Source of the DNA: Chloroflexota bacterium
GTDB taxonomy: Bacteria; Chloroflexota; UBA11872
NCBI GenBank assembly: GCA_028874175.1
Contig: JAPPLN010000008.1
Span: forward strand, 20,715-84,714
Length of the DNA: 64,000 bases
Direction: 5' to 3'
A program made the position numbers and the translations under genes. The notes below the pieces were generated by a model. That model saw only the letters and a list, made by a program, of their open reading frames with translations, ran no database searches and was not told the origin of the DNA. Shown here one piece after another: positions 40,797 through 50,952 of the stretch (positions within the stretch are counted from its first letter, which is position 1; each line of letters begins with the position of its first letter).

Positions 40797-41899
40797 CGAA
40801 ATGCGGCTCGGATTTTCTCAACGAAGCTGCGCCCGCCCGAATCGCTGCCGCCAGGCAAGGTCTCACGCAGGCCTTCAAGCAGTTCGCGCTGCTTCCGATT
40901 CAGCTTGGTCGGGGTGGCCACGTGCACGAAGAGATAGTGGTCGCCTCGTCCCGATCCGCGCGGGCGCGGCGCGCCTTTGCCGCGTAACCGGATTGGTGTA
41001 CCGGCCTGGACGCCGGCCGGAATCTTGACGGAGCTGGGACCGTCGGCCGTTTCCACTTCGAGATTGGCGCCCAGGGCCGCCTCGGCGACGTTGATCACGA
41101 CGTTGCTCAGAATATTGTCGCCGTCGCGCTCCAGTACGGGATGTGGCTTGACGTCGATACCGATATAGAGATCGCCTGGCGAGCCGCCGCGCGGGCCATG
41201 ATTGCCCTCGCCGGTGAGTCGGAGTTCGGTGCCGGGCTGAAGCCCGGCGGGAACTCTGACCTTGCGCTGCACGGCGACGCGCTCCAAACCGATCCCGGTG
41301 CATGACGGGCACTTACTCTCGACGACCTGTCCGGCACCGCCGCAGGTGTCGCAGATGGTGACGTTGACGAACTGACCGAAGATCGAACGCTGGGCACGCT
41401 GGACTTGGCCGGTGCCTCGGCAAGCCGCACAGGTGGTGGGCCTGGTGCCGGGCGCAGCGCCGTTGCCGGTACAGGTGCCGCAGGGCTCAAGACGCCTGTA
41501 GCTGACGTCGGTCTCAACCCCAAACACGCTGTCCAGGAATTCCAGTTCCAATTCAACGCGCGCATCGGTTCCTGGCTGCGCCCCTCCAGGCCTTGGCCGT
41601 CGGGCGCCGCCAAAAAATGCGTCAAATACGTCACCAATCCCACCAAAGTCATCAAACCCTGTACCGAAAGATGCCCCTGGACTGTCATGGCCAAAGCGGT
41701 CGTAGTTCGCCCGCTTCTGCTCATCGCGCAGAACCTCGTAGGCCTCGTTGATCTGTTGAAAGCGAGCGGTGGCGTCGGGTTCGCGGCTGACATCCGGGTG
41801 ATGCCGCCGCGCCAGATCGCGATACGCCTTGCGAATCTCGTCTGGCCCGGCCGTACGTTCGACGCCCAAGACGTCGTAGTAGTCGGGCTTGGCGCTCAC
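40793..41899 (-). CDS. dnaJ: Chaperone DnaJ (type I)
   Basis: J-domain HPD, G/F region and four CxxCxGxG repeats. Confidence 0.97.
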   Translation of the reverse strand: MSAKPDYYDVLGVERTAGPDEIRKAYRDLARRHHPDVSREPDATARFQQINEAYEVLRDEQKRANYDRFGHDSPGASFGTGFDDFGGIGDVFDAFFGGARRPRPGGAQPGTDARVELELEFLDSVFGVETDVSYRRLEPCGTCTGNGAAPGTRPTTCAACRGTGQVQRAQRSIFGQFVNVTICDTCGGAGQVVESKCPSCTGIGLERVAVQRKVRVPAGLQPGTELRLTGEGNHGPRGGSPGDLYIGIDVKPHPVLERDGDNILSNVVINVAEAALGANLEVETADGPSSVKIPAGVQAGTPIRLRGKGAPRPRGSGRGDHYLFVHVATPTKLNRKQRELLEGLRETLPGGSDSGGRSFVEKIRAAFR

Positions 41900-42579
41900 A
41901 CGGCCCCGCTGGCGTCGTTCTGCGATTGCTCAATTGGGCGCCCGTCTTCTTCTGGAGACTCGAGCGTCTCAGGCTTCGGACCAGCCTTGACGAGCGCAGG
42001 CCGAATAACTCGGTCGTGCATTCGATAGCCGCGCTGCATTTCAGCGACCACAGCCGTGGCTTCGGCGCCTTCCGTCATGACGACTTCGTGAACCTCCACG
42101 TCAATCGGGTCGCCGGCGCGGCAGTCAATCGGAGTTACGCCGGCGGTCTCCAGCACACGACTGAACTGCGCCTGGATCAGTGCCATGCCGTCGATCCAGG
42201 TGAGCAGCCGTAGCTCGGACGGGATCGATGCAAACGCGCGCTCCAGTGCGTCCATAACACTGAGCAGCTCAAAGGCAAACGCCTGGTTCGCGAACTTGGC
42301 AATTTCCTGGGCCTCTTCGGTCGTACGCCGCCGGTAGTTCGCGAAGTCGGCTTGCACGCGGGTCAGTCGGTTGAGCAGGTCCTGCCGGCGTGCGTCGAGC
42401 TGAGCGACCTGCGCCTTCAAGTCCCCTAACTCGTCCGTCGGAGCTTCAGCGGCGCCATCGGCGTCCGGGGTCCGGGCCGAATCGTCATCGAGGTTGGACG
42501 CGGACCGATGGTCCGCGACTTTGACCTCAATCTGCGACTCGTCATCGGCGCCATCAGCGCCGGTCCTATCACTCGCCAT
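41896..42579 (-). CDS. grpE: Nucleotide exchange factor GrpE
   Basis: ADFANYRRR, DALERA, QRGY...DRVIRPALV. Confidence 0.95.
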   Translation of the reverse strand: MASDRTGADGADDESQIEVKVADHRSASNLDDDSARTPDADGAAEAPTDELGDLKAQVAQLDARRQDLLNRLTRVQADFANYRRRTTEEAQEIAKFANQAFAFELLSVMDALERAFASIPSELRLLTWIDGMALIQAQFSRVLETAGVTPIDCRAGDPIDVEVHEVVMTEGAEATAVVAEMQRGYRMHDRVIRPALVKAGPKPETLESPEEDGRPIEQSQNDASGAV

Positions 42580-42611
42580 ACAGCATTGAGATTCCAGGAG
42601 CTTTCAGCGCC

Positions 42612-42617
42612 ATTTTA
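42612..42617 (-). promoter_or_regulatory. Possible -10 element (TAAAAT) for grpE
   Basis: TAAAAT ~30 nt upstream of the grpE ATG; no CIRCE seen. Confidence 0.3.
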
Positions 42618-42675
42618 CGGGCGAATTCGGACATAGCCGGCGAGCCCGGAACCCTCGAGTAGCGTGCCGGGCCGG

Positions 42676-45450
42676 CTACGGCGGTGGCGCAACAACCCGA
42701 ACCTGGCCAGGCGCCACAACGAAGTCCGCGGAAGCGATGGCCCGGGAGCCAACCATGATCTCGACCCGCCAGGGGCCTGGCGCGGCCGTGGGTGGTAGTC
42801 CAAACCAGAATCCGAATCGCGCTTGGGTGTAGGCCGGCTGCGGATCGGTCAGGAACGTACCCTGCAAGGCATCCCCGGCGAACCAGCGGATTCCAAGGCG
42901 CGAGCCGCGCGCGACGTTCACAAACTCAATCGAGACGTTGACGCGCTCCCCAGGGTGGAACGTCAGTGTCGGCTGAATTGGCTCCTGTCCAGACCCAAGC
43001 TGTAGAGCCAGCACAACACTGTTGGCCTCGGCTGATTCGTTCGCCCCGACGTCCAGCGCCGGGGTGGAGGTTGCGGTCGGCGTCGCCTGCTGTTCGGTCG
43101 AACCCGGCTCGGCACTTGGACCTTCGGAACTGATTCGCCAGATCAATCCGCGTGCCTCAAGCAGGTACGCAGTCCCGTCCGGCCCTAGCGCGATGTCCAC
43201 CGACGTGAACAACGGAATGTCACGAGCGAGGTCGCCGGATTGCCCATGGCCGAGCGGGTTGCCGGCAATGACCTGCGCGAATCCGCCTGGATCGATTCGG
43301 ACAATCTGACCGCTGCCGCTCGCCACGACATAGGCGGCGCCTACCGTGTCTGTGGCGACCCCGATGGGCGCATCCAGCCTGATCTCGCGGGCCGGACCTT
43401 CCGCGGGCGCCCCTGACCGGCCGGATCCGGCCAGTATGTCAATCACCCCGTCGGAACCAATCCGGCGAACGATGCCCGCGTGGAGCTGGGTGACGAGCGC
43501 CGACCCGTCGGCATTGAGTGCCACGCGCTGCGGAAACCCGAGAGCGGCTTCAGTGGCCTGACCACCGTCGCCTCCGTTGCCGTCCACACCGCTTCCCGCA
43601 TAGGCGTGAATGAGGCCGTCCGGGCGGATGACGCGCACTCGGTGTACTGGCCCGTCCACTACAAAGAGCGATCCGTCAGATCCCAACGCCAGGCCAATAG
43701 GCTCGGTGAACTGGGCGTCGCGGGCAGGACCGCCATCGCCGCCAACGCCGGGCTGCGAACCGCCGGCAAACGTAGTGATGATGCCGTCCGGGTCAATTTT
43801 GCGTATCCGGAAATTTCCCGAGTCAGCCACGTAGATCGATCCGTTCGAATCGACAACGAGTGCTGATGGGCGGTTGAGTTGGGCCGCTTTGGCGGCCAGT
43901 CCGTCGCCAGCGCTCCCGGAAGCGCCGGTCCCGGCGATGACGCGCACTACGCCGTCAGGATCAAGACGGCGGATTCGATGGTTGCCCGTGTCAGCAATCA
44001 GCAGACGACCAATGCCATCAATGGCGATGCCTCGCGGCGAAGCCAGGGCGGCACTGAGTCGAAATTCTCCGTCGGCGGCGTTGCCGGATTCGCCCGTGCC
44101 GGCAAAGACCTCGGCCACGAGTTCGCCAGCAAGCGGCGCGCCGCTTGGGAGGGCGGACGCGGGTGGCACAAAGGCGACCGGCGCGGACTGCGTGTCGGCT
44201 GGTTGATCATCTGATGTCTGGGGCGAAGCTGCGTCCGCTCCAGATTGTGGCGCCGGCACCAACGCACGAATCCGTCGCGCGCTCTGCTCCACAATGAGCA
44301 GGCGTCCATCGAGCGTCGGCGTGATGGCGAGCGGAAGCGTCAGCCGCGACTCCAAGGCCGGTCCGCCGGATTCAACTCGGCCTCCTACCAGCCCGGCGAC
44401 CGTCTGCATGGTGCCGTCAGGGTGAATACGGCGGATGCGGCGGTTGTTCCAGTCGGCAATTAAAACCGCGCCGCTGGCGTCCACAACCACGCTTTGCGGT
44501 CCGTGGAGTTCAGCCGCCGTGGCCGGACCGCCATCACCGGCTCCACCCGGTAGCCCGGTGCCGGCTATCGTGTCGATCACACCGTTGGTGGAGACCCGGC
44601 GAATCCGGTTACCGGTCAGTTCGGCAATCAGTAGATTGCCCTGACCATCCACATCCACGTCCACGGGCTGGTTGAGTGTTGCGGAAAGCGCGGGGCCGCC
44701 GTCGCCGTCACTGCCTGGGACACCCGTACCGGCCACGGTGGTCAGATTGCCGCGGGTATCGATTCGGCGGACACGGTTGGCCGCCCGTTCGGCGATAAAG
44801 AGGTTGCCGTCGCCGTCGATCGCCATGCCCTCGTTGCCCGCGGTTCTGGCAAACGCGGCCGGCCCTCCGTCGCCTTCCAAGCCCGCGTGCCCGTCTCCGA
44901 GAACCGTCGACACCAGCCCCGACGCATCGATACGGCGCACTCGATCGAGTTCGGCGACGAAAAGCGTGCCGGCCTGGTCGACCAGCAGCCGGCTCGGGTC
45001 GGTGAAGTCCGCCGCCAACGCGGGGCCGCCGTCCCCCCCGTAGCCACGGATTCCGGTTCCGGCCAGCGCCTCGATCACGCCGTCGGCGCGGATGCGCCGA
45101 ATGCGACTGGCGCTGGGATCGGATACATACACCACGCCGTCCGAGCCGACCACGACGCCGCCCACGCTGCGGAACTGCGCCGCTAGCGCGGGACCGCCGT
45201 CACCCCCATTGCCGATCTCCCCGGTACCCGCGAAGTCCGAGAGAAGCGCCGGCAGCCGAACTGGCGGCGGCAGAGGCTGGGGAGCGGGCGCCACGTAGGG
45301 AGGCGGGGTGCGCAGAGCGCCGGGATCGGCGGTCGGCGACGATTCGGCGCCGAATCCGCCAATCTCGCAGGCCGTGGTCGCGGTGGCCGCGGCCAGGACG
45401 CTCAACGCGCGACGACGGGAAATCGAGACGGTGACCCGACTAGCTCGCAT
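42676..45450 (-). CDS. Tat-exported NHL-repeat lipoprotein with two beta-propeller blocks and a C-terminal Ig-like domain
   Basis: SRRRALS...ATTAC signal; many AGTG..G..GDGGPA..A.L..P..V.VD..G.L.IAD..N.RIRRI repeats; S/T/P-rich linkers. Confidence 0.88.
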   Translation of the reverse strand: MRASRVTVSISRRRALSVLAAATATTACEIGGFGAESSPTADPGALRTPPPYVAPAPQPLPPPVRLPALLSDFAGTGEIGNGGDGGPALAAQFRSVGGVVVGSDGVVYVSDPSASRIRRIRADGVIEALAGTGIRGYGGDGGPALAADFTDPSRLLVDQAGTLFVAELDRVRRIDASGLVSTVLGDGHAGLEGDGGPAAFARTAGNEGMAIDGDGNLFIAERAANRVRRIDTRGNLTTVAGTGVPGSDGDGGPALSATLNQPVDVDVDGQGNLLIAELTGNRIRRVSTNGVIDTIAGTGLPGGAGDGGPATAAELHGPQSVVVDASGAVLIADWNNRRIRRIHPDGTMQTVAGLVGGRVESGGPALESRLTLPLAITPTLDGRLLIVEQSARRIRALVPAPQSGADAASPQTSDDQPADTQSAPVAFVPPASALPSGAPLAGELVAEVFAGTGESGNAADGEFRLSAALASPRGIAIDGIGRLLIADTGNHRIRRLDPDGVVRVIAGTGASGSAGDGLAAKAAQLNRPSALVVDSNGSIYVADSGNFRIRKIDPDGIITTFAGGSQPGVGGDGGPARDAQFTEPIGLALGSDGSLFVVDGPVHRVRVIRPDGLIHAYAGSGVDGNGGDGGQATEAALGFPQRVALNADGSALVTQLHAGIVRRIGSDGVIDILAGSGRSGAPAEGPAREIRLDAPIGVATDTVGAAYVVASGSGQIVRIDPGGFAQVIAGNPLGHGQSGDLARDIPLFTSVDIALGPDGTAYLLEARGLIWRISSEGPSAEPGSTEQQATPTATSTPALDVGANESAEANSVVLALQLGSGQEPIQPTLTFHPGERVNVSIEFVNVARGSRLGIRWFAGDALQGTFLTDPQPAYTQARFGFWFGLPPTAAPGPWRVEIMVGSRAIASADFVVAPGQVRVVAPPP

Positions 45451-46852
45451 CGCCTCGCATCACGATCAGCAGGGTTCGCAAGAGAATGCGCAGATCGAAG
45501 AGCAGGGACCAGTTTTCCACGTAATACAGGTCGTAGCGGGTGCGCTCCGCAATCGACGAGTCGCCGCGCATGCCGTTGACCTGCGCCCAGCCCGTTACCC
45601 CCGCGCGCTCACGGTGCCGGACCATGTAGCGCGAGAACTCGCCGCGGAACCTGCTCACGTAGTCGGGCTGCTCGGGGCGCGGCCCAACCAAGCTCATATC
45701 GCCGCGGATCACGTTTAAGAGCTGGGGCAATTCGTCAATCCAGTAGCGCCGGAGCAACCGTCCGACGCGCGTCTGCCGAGGGTCGTTGGTTACGGTCCAG
45801 GTCTGCCCGTACTCATCGGCGCCGCTGATCATGGTGCGGAACTTCACGATGGGAAACGGCCGCCCGTCCCGTCCGACGCGCGTCTGCACGTAGAACGCGG
45901 GTCCCTTGGAGTCTAGCTTGATGATGAGGGCGATGAGCAGCATCGGTGCCGACGTCAGCACCAGCACAATGGTGGCTACCACCAGATCGAGAGTGCGTTT
46001 AGCAAAGCGGCTGAGGCCCCGCAGACGCACCTCGTTGACGGCGATGAGGGGAAGCCCGCCAACGCCGCCTTCGACTACCGGTGACACCATGAGCTGAAAG
46101 AGATCGGGTAACAACCAGACGTCGGCATAGGACGCCTCCGCATCGGCCAGGATTGCCAGCAGGTCGTCGTGGGACAGCGATGGGATGGCAACCACGACCT
46201 TGTCGATCTCGTGCTCCGCGATCAGGTCCGACAACGCGGCCGCTGTGCCCAGAACCGGTAATTCCAGGTCGCCGATGGACACCTGGGACTCGAAATCGTC
46301 CAGGAACCCGATCAATTCATAGCGGTGGCTCGGATCCTGCAGCAAGCGTCCGCCGACCTCGCGCCCTTCGGCTCCGGCCCCGACGACCAGCACGCGCTGG
46401 ACGCCAATGCCGCGTTGCGCCAGCAGACGCAGGCACATGGCCAGCAGTGAGCGACCCATGGTGACGAACACGATCCCAAGCAGCCACGCGATCGGCATAA
46501 CGTTGCGCACAGGCTCTAAACGGTCGGTGAAGATGAAGAATGTGGCCGCCACGGCGAGAAGCGACCCAATCGTGACCATGCCGGCGCTGCGCGCCACACG
46601 GTCCACAGGCCCGGCGGTTCGAAAACGCGAGTACATACCCAGCGATAGGCCGCCGATCACGGTGGCAATCCCGAACACGACGGTAACCGGGGCCAAGAAG
46701 AGGAAGCGGTTGGGCGGCGTTCCTTCAAACCAGCCGAAGCGATAGCGCATGTAGTAGGCCGCGACGAGCGCCAGTCCGACAGCAATTACGTCGGCCACGA
46801 GCGAGAACGTGGAGACCAGACCGCCCCAGTTGCGCCGCGCCCAGGTGGTCAT
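45440..46852 (-). CDS. Initiating polyprenyl-phosphate sugar-1-phosphate transferase (WcaJ/WbaP-type)
   Basis: N-terminal TMs, VLVVGAG, KRTLD, KFRTM, DELPQL.NV..GDMSLVGPRPE, GVTGWAQVNG. Start at ATG 46852 (ATGA overlap). Confidence 0.95.
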   Translation of the reverse strand: MTTWARRNWGGLVSTFSLVADVIAVGLALVAAYYMRYRFGWFEGTPPNRFLFLAPVTVVFGIATVIGGLSLGMYSRFRTAGPVDRVARSAGMVTIGSLLAVAATFFIFTDRLEPVRNVMPIAWLLGIVFVTMGRSLLAMCLRLLAQRGIGVQRVLVVGAGAEGREVGGRLLQDPSHRYELIGFLDDFESQVSIGDLELPVLGTAAALSDLIAEHEIDKVVVAIPSLSHDDLLAILADAEASYADVWLLPDLFQLMVSPVVEGGVGGLPLIAVNEVRLRGLSRFAKRTLDLVVATIVLVLTSAPMLLIALIIKLDSKGPAFYVQTRVGRDGRPFPIVKFRTMISGADEYGQTWTVTNDPRQTRVGRLLRRYWIDELPQLLNVIRGDMSLVGPRPEQPDYVSRFRGEFSRYMVRHRERAGVTGWAQVNGMRGDSSIAERTRYDLYYVENWSLLFDLRILLRTLLIVMRGDAS

Positions 46853-47739
46853 TTCGCGCCGTCCGCTTCTCCTGGTCGCCAAGCCGCCAGCGACCGCGAC
46901 ACTCCGCCACAGCCGAGGATAAGGATTCCACCCAGAACCACGGCACGGAGCGGCCACGGATCGTGGCCATGGTGCTTCGAGTAGTAGCGCCACATCGACC
47001 GATAGAACTCGAATCGGGTTCGGATCGGCCGCTGGCGCGACGATTGGCGCTTCCGGTGCCACACACGCACCGTCGGGATGTACAGCGTGTGCCAGCCGGC
47101 ATCCGCGAGCCGCCGTTGCAGATCCAGGTCGTCGCCGTACATAAAGAACCTGGGGTCAAATCCGCCCACGGCCGCAAATGCCTCGCGGCGAACCATCAGA
47201 CAGGCGCCAGACACGGCGTCAATTTCGGTCACGGCCGTGGGTGATGACTCCTCGGGGTTGTACGGCTTGGCGACACGTCGTCGTAATGCGCGTGGCGATC
47301 CCAGGAAGCGGTGCAAAGCGTTCGCTGGACGCGGAAAGCTCCGGTGACCGGCGGGATCCAGCGATCCGTCGGAAAGCGTCAGCCTGGGCCCCGCCGCGGC
47401 GGCCTTTGGTCGGTGGTCGAGTTCCTTGGCCATCAGCGCAATGGACTCCGGCTCCGGCTCGGTATCTGGGTTGAGAAACAGGATCAAGGGTGCGGTCGTC
47501 ACAGCGGCCCCGGTATTGTTCGCGCCTCCGAATCCCAGATCCGGCGAGCCGCGAATCGCTCGGACGTCGTCTCGAGCCTGCAGCATGGTCCATGTGTCGT
47601 CGCCGAAGCCGTTATCCACCACAACGACCTCGAGCGTCAGCCAACCGGCCGCCGCCGCCAGTCGGTCCAAACATCGCGCCAGGAGGTCGCGTACGTTGAA
47701 CGTGGTGATTACGACGGCTACGTCAACGGCGTCGGTCAT
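46849..47739 (-). CDS. GT2 glycosyltransferase (WbbL/rhamnosyltransferase-like)
   Basis: VVDN, GFGGANN, LFLNPD, VSGAC, FD.RFFMYGDDLD. Start at ATG 47739. Confidence 0.9.
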   Translation of the reverse strand: MTDAVDVAVVITTFNVRDLLARCLDRLAAAAGWLTLEVVVVDNGFGDDTWTMLQARDDVRAIRGSPDLGFGGANNTGAAVTTAPLILFLNPDTEPEPESIALMAKELDHRPKAAAAGPRLTLSDGSLDPAGHRSFPRPANALHRFLGSPRALRRRVAKPYNPEESSPTAVTEIDAVSGACLMVRREAFAAVGGFDPRFFMYGDDLDLQRRLADAGWHTLYIPTVRVWHRKRQSSRQRPIRTRFEFYRSMWRYYSKHHGHDPWPLRAVVLGGILILGCGGVSRSLAAWRPGEADGAK

Positions 47740-48677
47740 CGTGACCGCCGTCGGGACAGCCCTGCAACGAAGCCTGTCATCTTGGCCAGGTCGCCAACAA
47801 TCCGTAACGCCGGCGCCAACGCGCCGGCCACCAGCGGATTGACGCCTGACGCGTGTCGGACCGTATCCGGTATTCGCCGCAAGGAGCCGCTCAGATAGAC
47901 GCTGGCCAGCACCGCCAGCAAAGCTCGCGCCGCCGGCGACGGATGTTGCAGCAGCCCCAGTCCTAGCGCGTATGAGCCATATCGCAGCGCGTGCCGCTGC
48001 AGAAGCATGCCGGCATGGCCATCGCCGGCGGCGTAGAGAAAGTACTGCCGAAAGAAAGCTGTCACCGTGGAACGCGGGCGAATCCCGACATTGGCGTCCG
48101 GGGCATGTCGAAACCAGCCTCCCGAGCGCCAGATCGCACGGTCCAACCACAGGTCCTCGCCGTGGGCCAGCCACTCCGGATAGCCGCCGACGCGCTCCAG
48201 CCATTCGCGGCGGAACAGCGCCGATCCGCTGCTGGGCGGATAGCGGAACGGGTCGATCTGTCGCGCCAGTGGCAGCGCCACCGCGCCCAAGGCCGCCTCG
48301 AACGTCGTCTGCGGCGCCGCCAGGATGTATCCGTACGACCCAGCGGCCAGCGGCTCGTCTTGCACGGCCGCAACCAGAGACCTCAGCCAGTCCCGAGAAC
48401 GCCGCAATCCCGCGTCGGTCACCGCTACCAACGGCGCCTCGGTTTCGGCGACGGCGCGATTTCGTCCGGCGGAAATGTTCGTTCCAGGTGCCAGCAGCAG
48501 CTTGAATCGTGAATCGCCTTCAGCTGCCTCGGACAATGCCTCGAAAGTGCCGTCGTCAGATCCGCCATCCACAATCACGACTTCGTCGGCCGCCAGTGAC
48601 TGGTCCCGCAGGCTCGTCACCAGCGCCGCCGCGTCTGACGCTTCGTTCTTCACGGTGGCGCAGACCGCGACCTTCAC
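47736..48677 (-). CDS. GT2 glycosyltransferase
   Basis: TVKNE, IVDGGSDDGT, GRN, TDAG, GED. Confidence 0.9.
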   Translation of the reverse strand: MKVAVCATVKNEASDAAALVTSLRDQSLAADEVVIVDGGSDDGTFEALSEAAEGDSRFKLLLAPGTNISAGRNRAVAETEAPLVAVTDAGLRRSRDWLRSLVAAVQDEPLAAGSYGYILAAPQTTFEAALGAVALPLARQIDPFRYPPSSGSALFRREWLERVGGYPEWLAHGEDLWLDRAIWRSGGWFRHAPDANVGIRPRSTVTAFFRQYFLYAAGDGHAGMLLQRHALRYGSYALGLGLLQHPSPAARALLAVLASVYLSGSLRRIPDTVRHASGVNPLVAGALAPALRIVGDLAKMTGFVAGLSRRRSR

Positions 48678-49888
48678 AACGCAGCTCCGGCCGCCGCCGG
48701 CTCCTGCAGGCCGGCATACGCATCCAGCACCCGCTGACCCACGACCGCGGCGTCGTGTTCGCTCTTGACGAACGCGAATCCAGCCTCCGCCGCCTGCGCA
48801 TAGGCCGCTGGGTTTGTGGCCAGGGTCGTGACCTCCTCCACGAATTCTTCCGGCCCGCTCGCCAACGCCACGCCGATCCCGCCGCGCGCCGGCAACCCAA
48901 CGTATCCCTGCGCTCGGGCCACCACTGGCCGACCCGCCGCCAGGGCCGACAGGACTTTATACGGCGCGCCTGCTGCGACCGACGTTGGGGAAACGGCGAG
49001 CCAGCTACGCCGATACTCCCAATCGATGTCGTTCACGATCCCTCCCAGGGTGGCGCCGACGGGAGCGATCGGGCGAAGATCCTCCGACTGCGGGCCAACG
49101 ACCCTCAGTTCGGCGCGCGGCAGCCGTCGCGCAACAGTTGGCCAGACCCGACCGAAGAGCCACTCGGCCGCCATGATGTTCGGGCGGTAGGCAAAGTTCG
49201 CGGCAAAGAGAACGCGCGGATGCACGGCCTGGCCTTCTCTACCCGGCTTTGCCTCCCTGGCCCGCACCGGATGGGGGATATAAGCCGGTGCCTTAGCGCC
49301 CAATGCAGCCAGGCCCGCCCTGTCGTCGGGCGACGACCCGATAGCCAAATCGACCGTGTGCGCGATCCAGGCTTCCACCCGACGCAGCAGACCCGCCTGC
49401 CGCCGGGCCCACAAGGCGCGCGGACTCGTGCTCGCCCCCGCCAGCATCCTCTGCAGCATCCACTCGATGTTGTGCGCGTCGTAAACCACCCGCGGTCGTC
49501 CGGAGGCGTGGGGCACCGCAGTCCAGACGTCGTGAATCAACGGCGCCAGCTGGGCCTGGGCCACATGCACGGCGTGATACTCGCCGCCGCCCAGGAGCAT
49601 CTGGACACGCCCGCGCAGGATGCGGGACCCATGACGAATCAGCAGGTCCGGAACGCCCCCACGCCATCCGCCCCGCAGTCGCCGCCATAGCTTCGGCGGT
49701 GCCGCGCGAACCTGGATAACCCGGCCAATGCACGAAGGCGCTGGCACCGGCGGCGCCCCGGGCCGATCCAGCGTTGCCAGGTCCACCCGGTGCTCGCTGG
49801 CCAGCGCTTCCAGAATCAAACCGTTCCGAATCGCCGCGCCGTGCGTTGCCGGCCATGGCGGTGTCGAGGTGATCGCCAGAATCTTCAC
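48674..49888 (-). CDS. GT4 glycosyltransferase
   Basis: PPWP..HG..IR, YDAHN.EW, YRPN, KVL.ALAAG.PVV. Confidence 0.85.
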   Translation of the reverse strand: MKILAITSTPPWPATHGAAIRNGLILEALASEHRVDLATLDRPGAPPVPAPSCIGRVIQVRAAPPKLWRRLRGGWRGGVPDLLIRHGSRILRGRVQMLLGGGEYHAVHVAQAQLAPLIHDVWTAVPHASGRPRVVYDAHNIEWMLQRMLAGASTSPRALWARRQAGLLRRVEAWIAHTVDLAIGSSPDDRAGLAALGAKAPAYIPHPVRAREAKPGREGQAVHPRVLFAANFAYRPNIMAAEWLFGRVWPTVARRLPRAELRVVGPQSEDLRPIAPVGATLGGIVNDIDWEYRRSWLAVSPTSVAAGAPYKVLSALAAGRPVVARAQGYVGLPARGGIGVALASGPEEFVEEVTTLATNPAAYAQAAEAGFAFVKSEHDAAVVGQRVLDAYAGLQEPAAAGAAL

Positions 49889-50952
49889 GCGTGCGCCTCA
49901 TACACCGCCAGGGTGTCGCGCGCCGTTCGCTCCCAGTTGAACTGCGCGGCCCGAGCGCGGCCTCGGGCTCCCAGCGAGGCACGCAGCCCCTCGTCGTCGA
50001 TCAGTTGATCGATGGCCGCGGTCCAACCCTCGACATCGTTGGGCTCCAGGAGCAGCGCGTCCTCGCCGACCACTTCCGGCACGGTGCCCACCCTGGCCGC
50101 AATCACCGGCGTCCCGCAGGCCATGGCCTCCACCGCCGGCAAGCCGAATCCCTCGTCGAGCGACGGCATCAGCACAAACTCCGCCTGGGTCAGGAGACGA
50201 ATGAGCATTTCGTCGCTCACCCGTCCGAGGAACCGCACGGCGTCGTTTCGCCGTTCGGTCCGCACGGCTCGCACGATCTCCGCCCCCCGGTAGCCAAGCG
50301 CCCCCGCAACCAGGAGCATTCCCTGCTGAGCAAACCTCGACGCGGCAAAAGCGCCTGCCGCCAGCTCTACGTTCTTGCGCGGCTGAATCGTGCCAACCAT
50401 CAGCGCAAACGGGCCCGACCAGACCCGCCCGTTGCCCGCGTCATTGGTCGCCGACAGCCCTGGCGCGTTAGGAATAACGGTAAGGCAGGCTTCATCCACG
50501 AGATCGCGTTCCAGGATCGCCGCGCGTACGTGTTCGGAAAGAACGATCACAGCTCGCGCCCGCCGCCAACTCCGAATGGCCCCTTCATAGTGCCGCCGAC
50601 TTGCCTCGGCGTGGGTTCCGGGATGCGTGAGAAACGATATGTCGTGAACGGTTACGACCGCGGGAACCTCGACACCGTGGGGAATCCCGTGATCCGGATA
50701 GTGCACCAGATCTATCCCGCGCAAAGCGCGCGGCAGCAGGAACCGTTCAAGCCGCCCGCGAACCGGAGCGAACGCCGGACGCATCGGAAGCGACGGCCTG
50801 CTCGGCAGCCCCCCTCGCCGGTCCGCCAGTAACTCAATATCGATGCCATGCCGCAGCTGTGTCGCCAACGCCTCCTGCAGCCGCCAGATATACCGACCGA
50901 TACCCGCCCGGTCATGCCGCAGCATCCGCCCGTCCAGCGCGAGCCTCGTCAT
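49885..50952 (-). CDS. GT4 glycosyltransferase (MtfB/WbpY-like)
   Basis: GIGRY, VTVHD, GTIQPRKN, PS..EGFGLP.VEAMACG.PV. Confidence 0.92.
   Translation of the reverse strand: MTRLALDGRMLRHDRAGIGRYIWRLQEALATQLRHGIDIELLADRRGGLPSRPSLPMRPAFAPVRGRLERFLLPRALRGIDLVHYPDHGIPHGVEVPAVVTVHDISFLTHPGTHAEASRRHYEGAIRSWRRARAVIVLSEHVRAAILERDLVDEACLTVIPNAPGLSATNDAGNGRVWSGPFALMVGTIQPRKNVELAAGAFAASRFAQQGMLLVAGALGYRGAEIVRAVRTERRNDAVRFLGRVSDEMLIRLLTQAEFVLMPSLDEGFGLPAVEAMACGTPVIAARVGTVPEVVGEDALLLEPNDVEGWTAAIDQLIDDEGLRASLGARGRARAAQFNWERTARDTLAVYEAHA

Noticed and set aside
43200-45250. Repeated DNA motifs resembling an array
   Set aside because: Degenerate protein-level NHL repeats inside one ORF, not CRISPR or a nucleotide tandem repeat.
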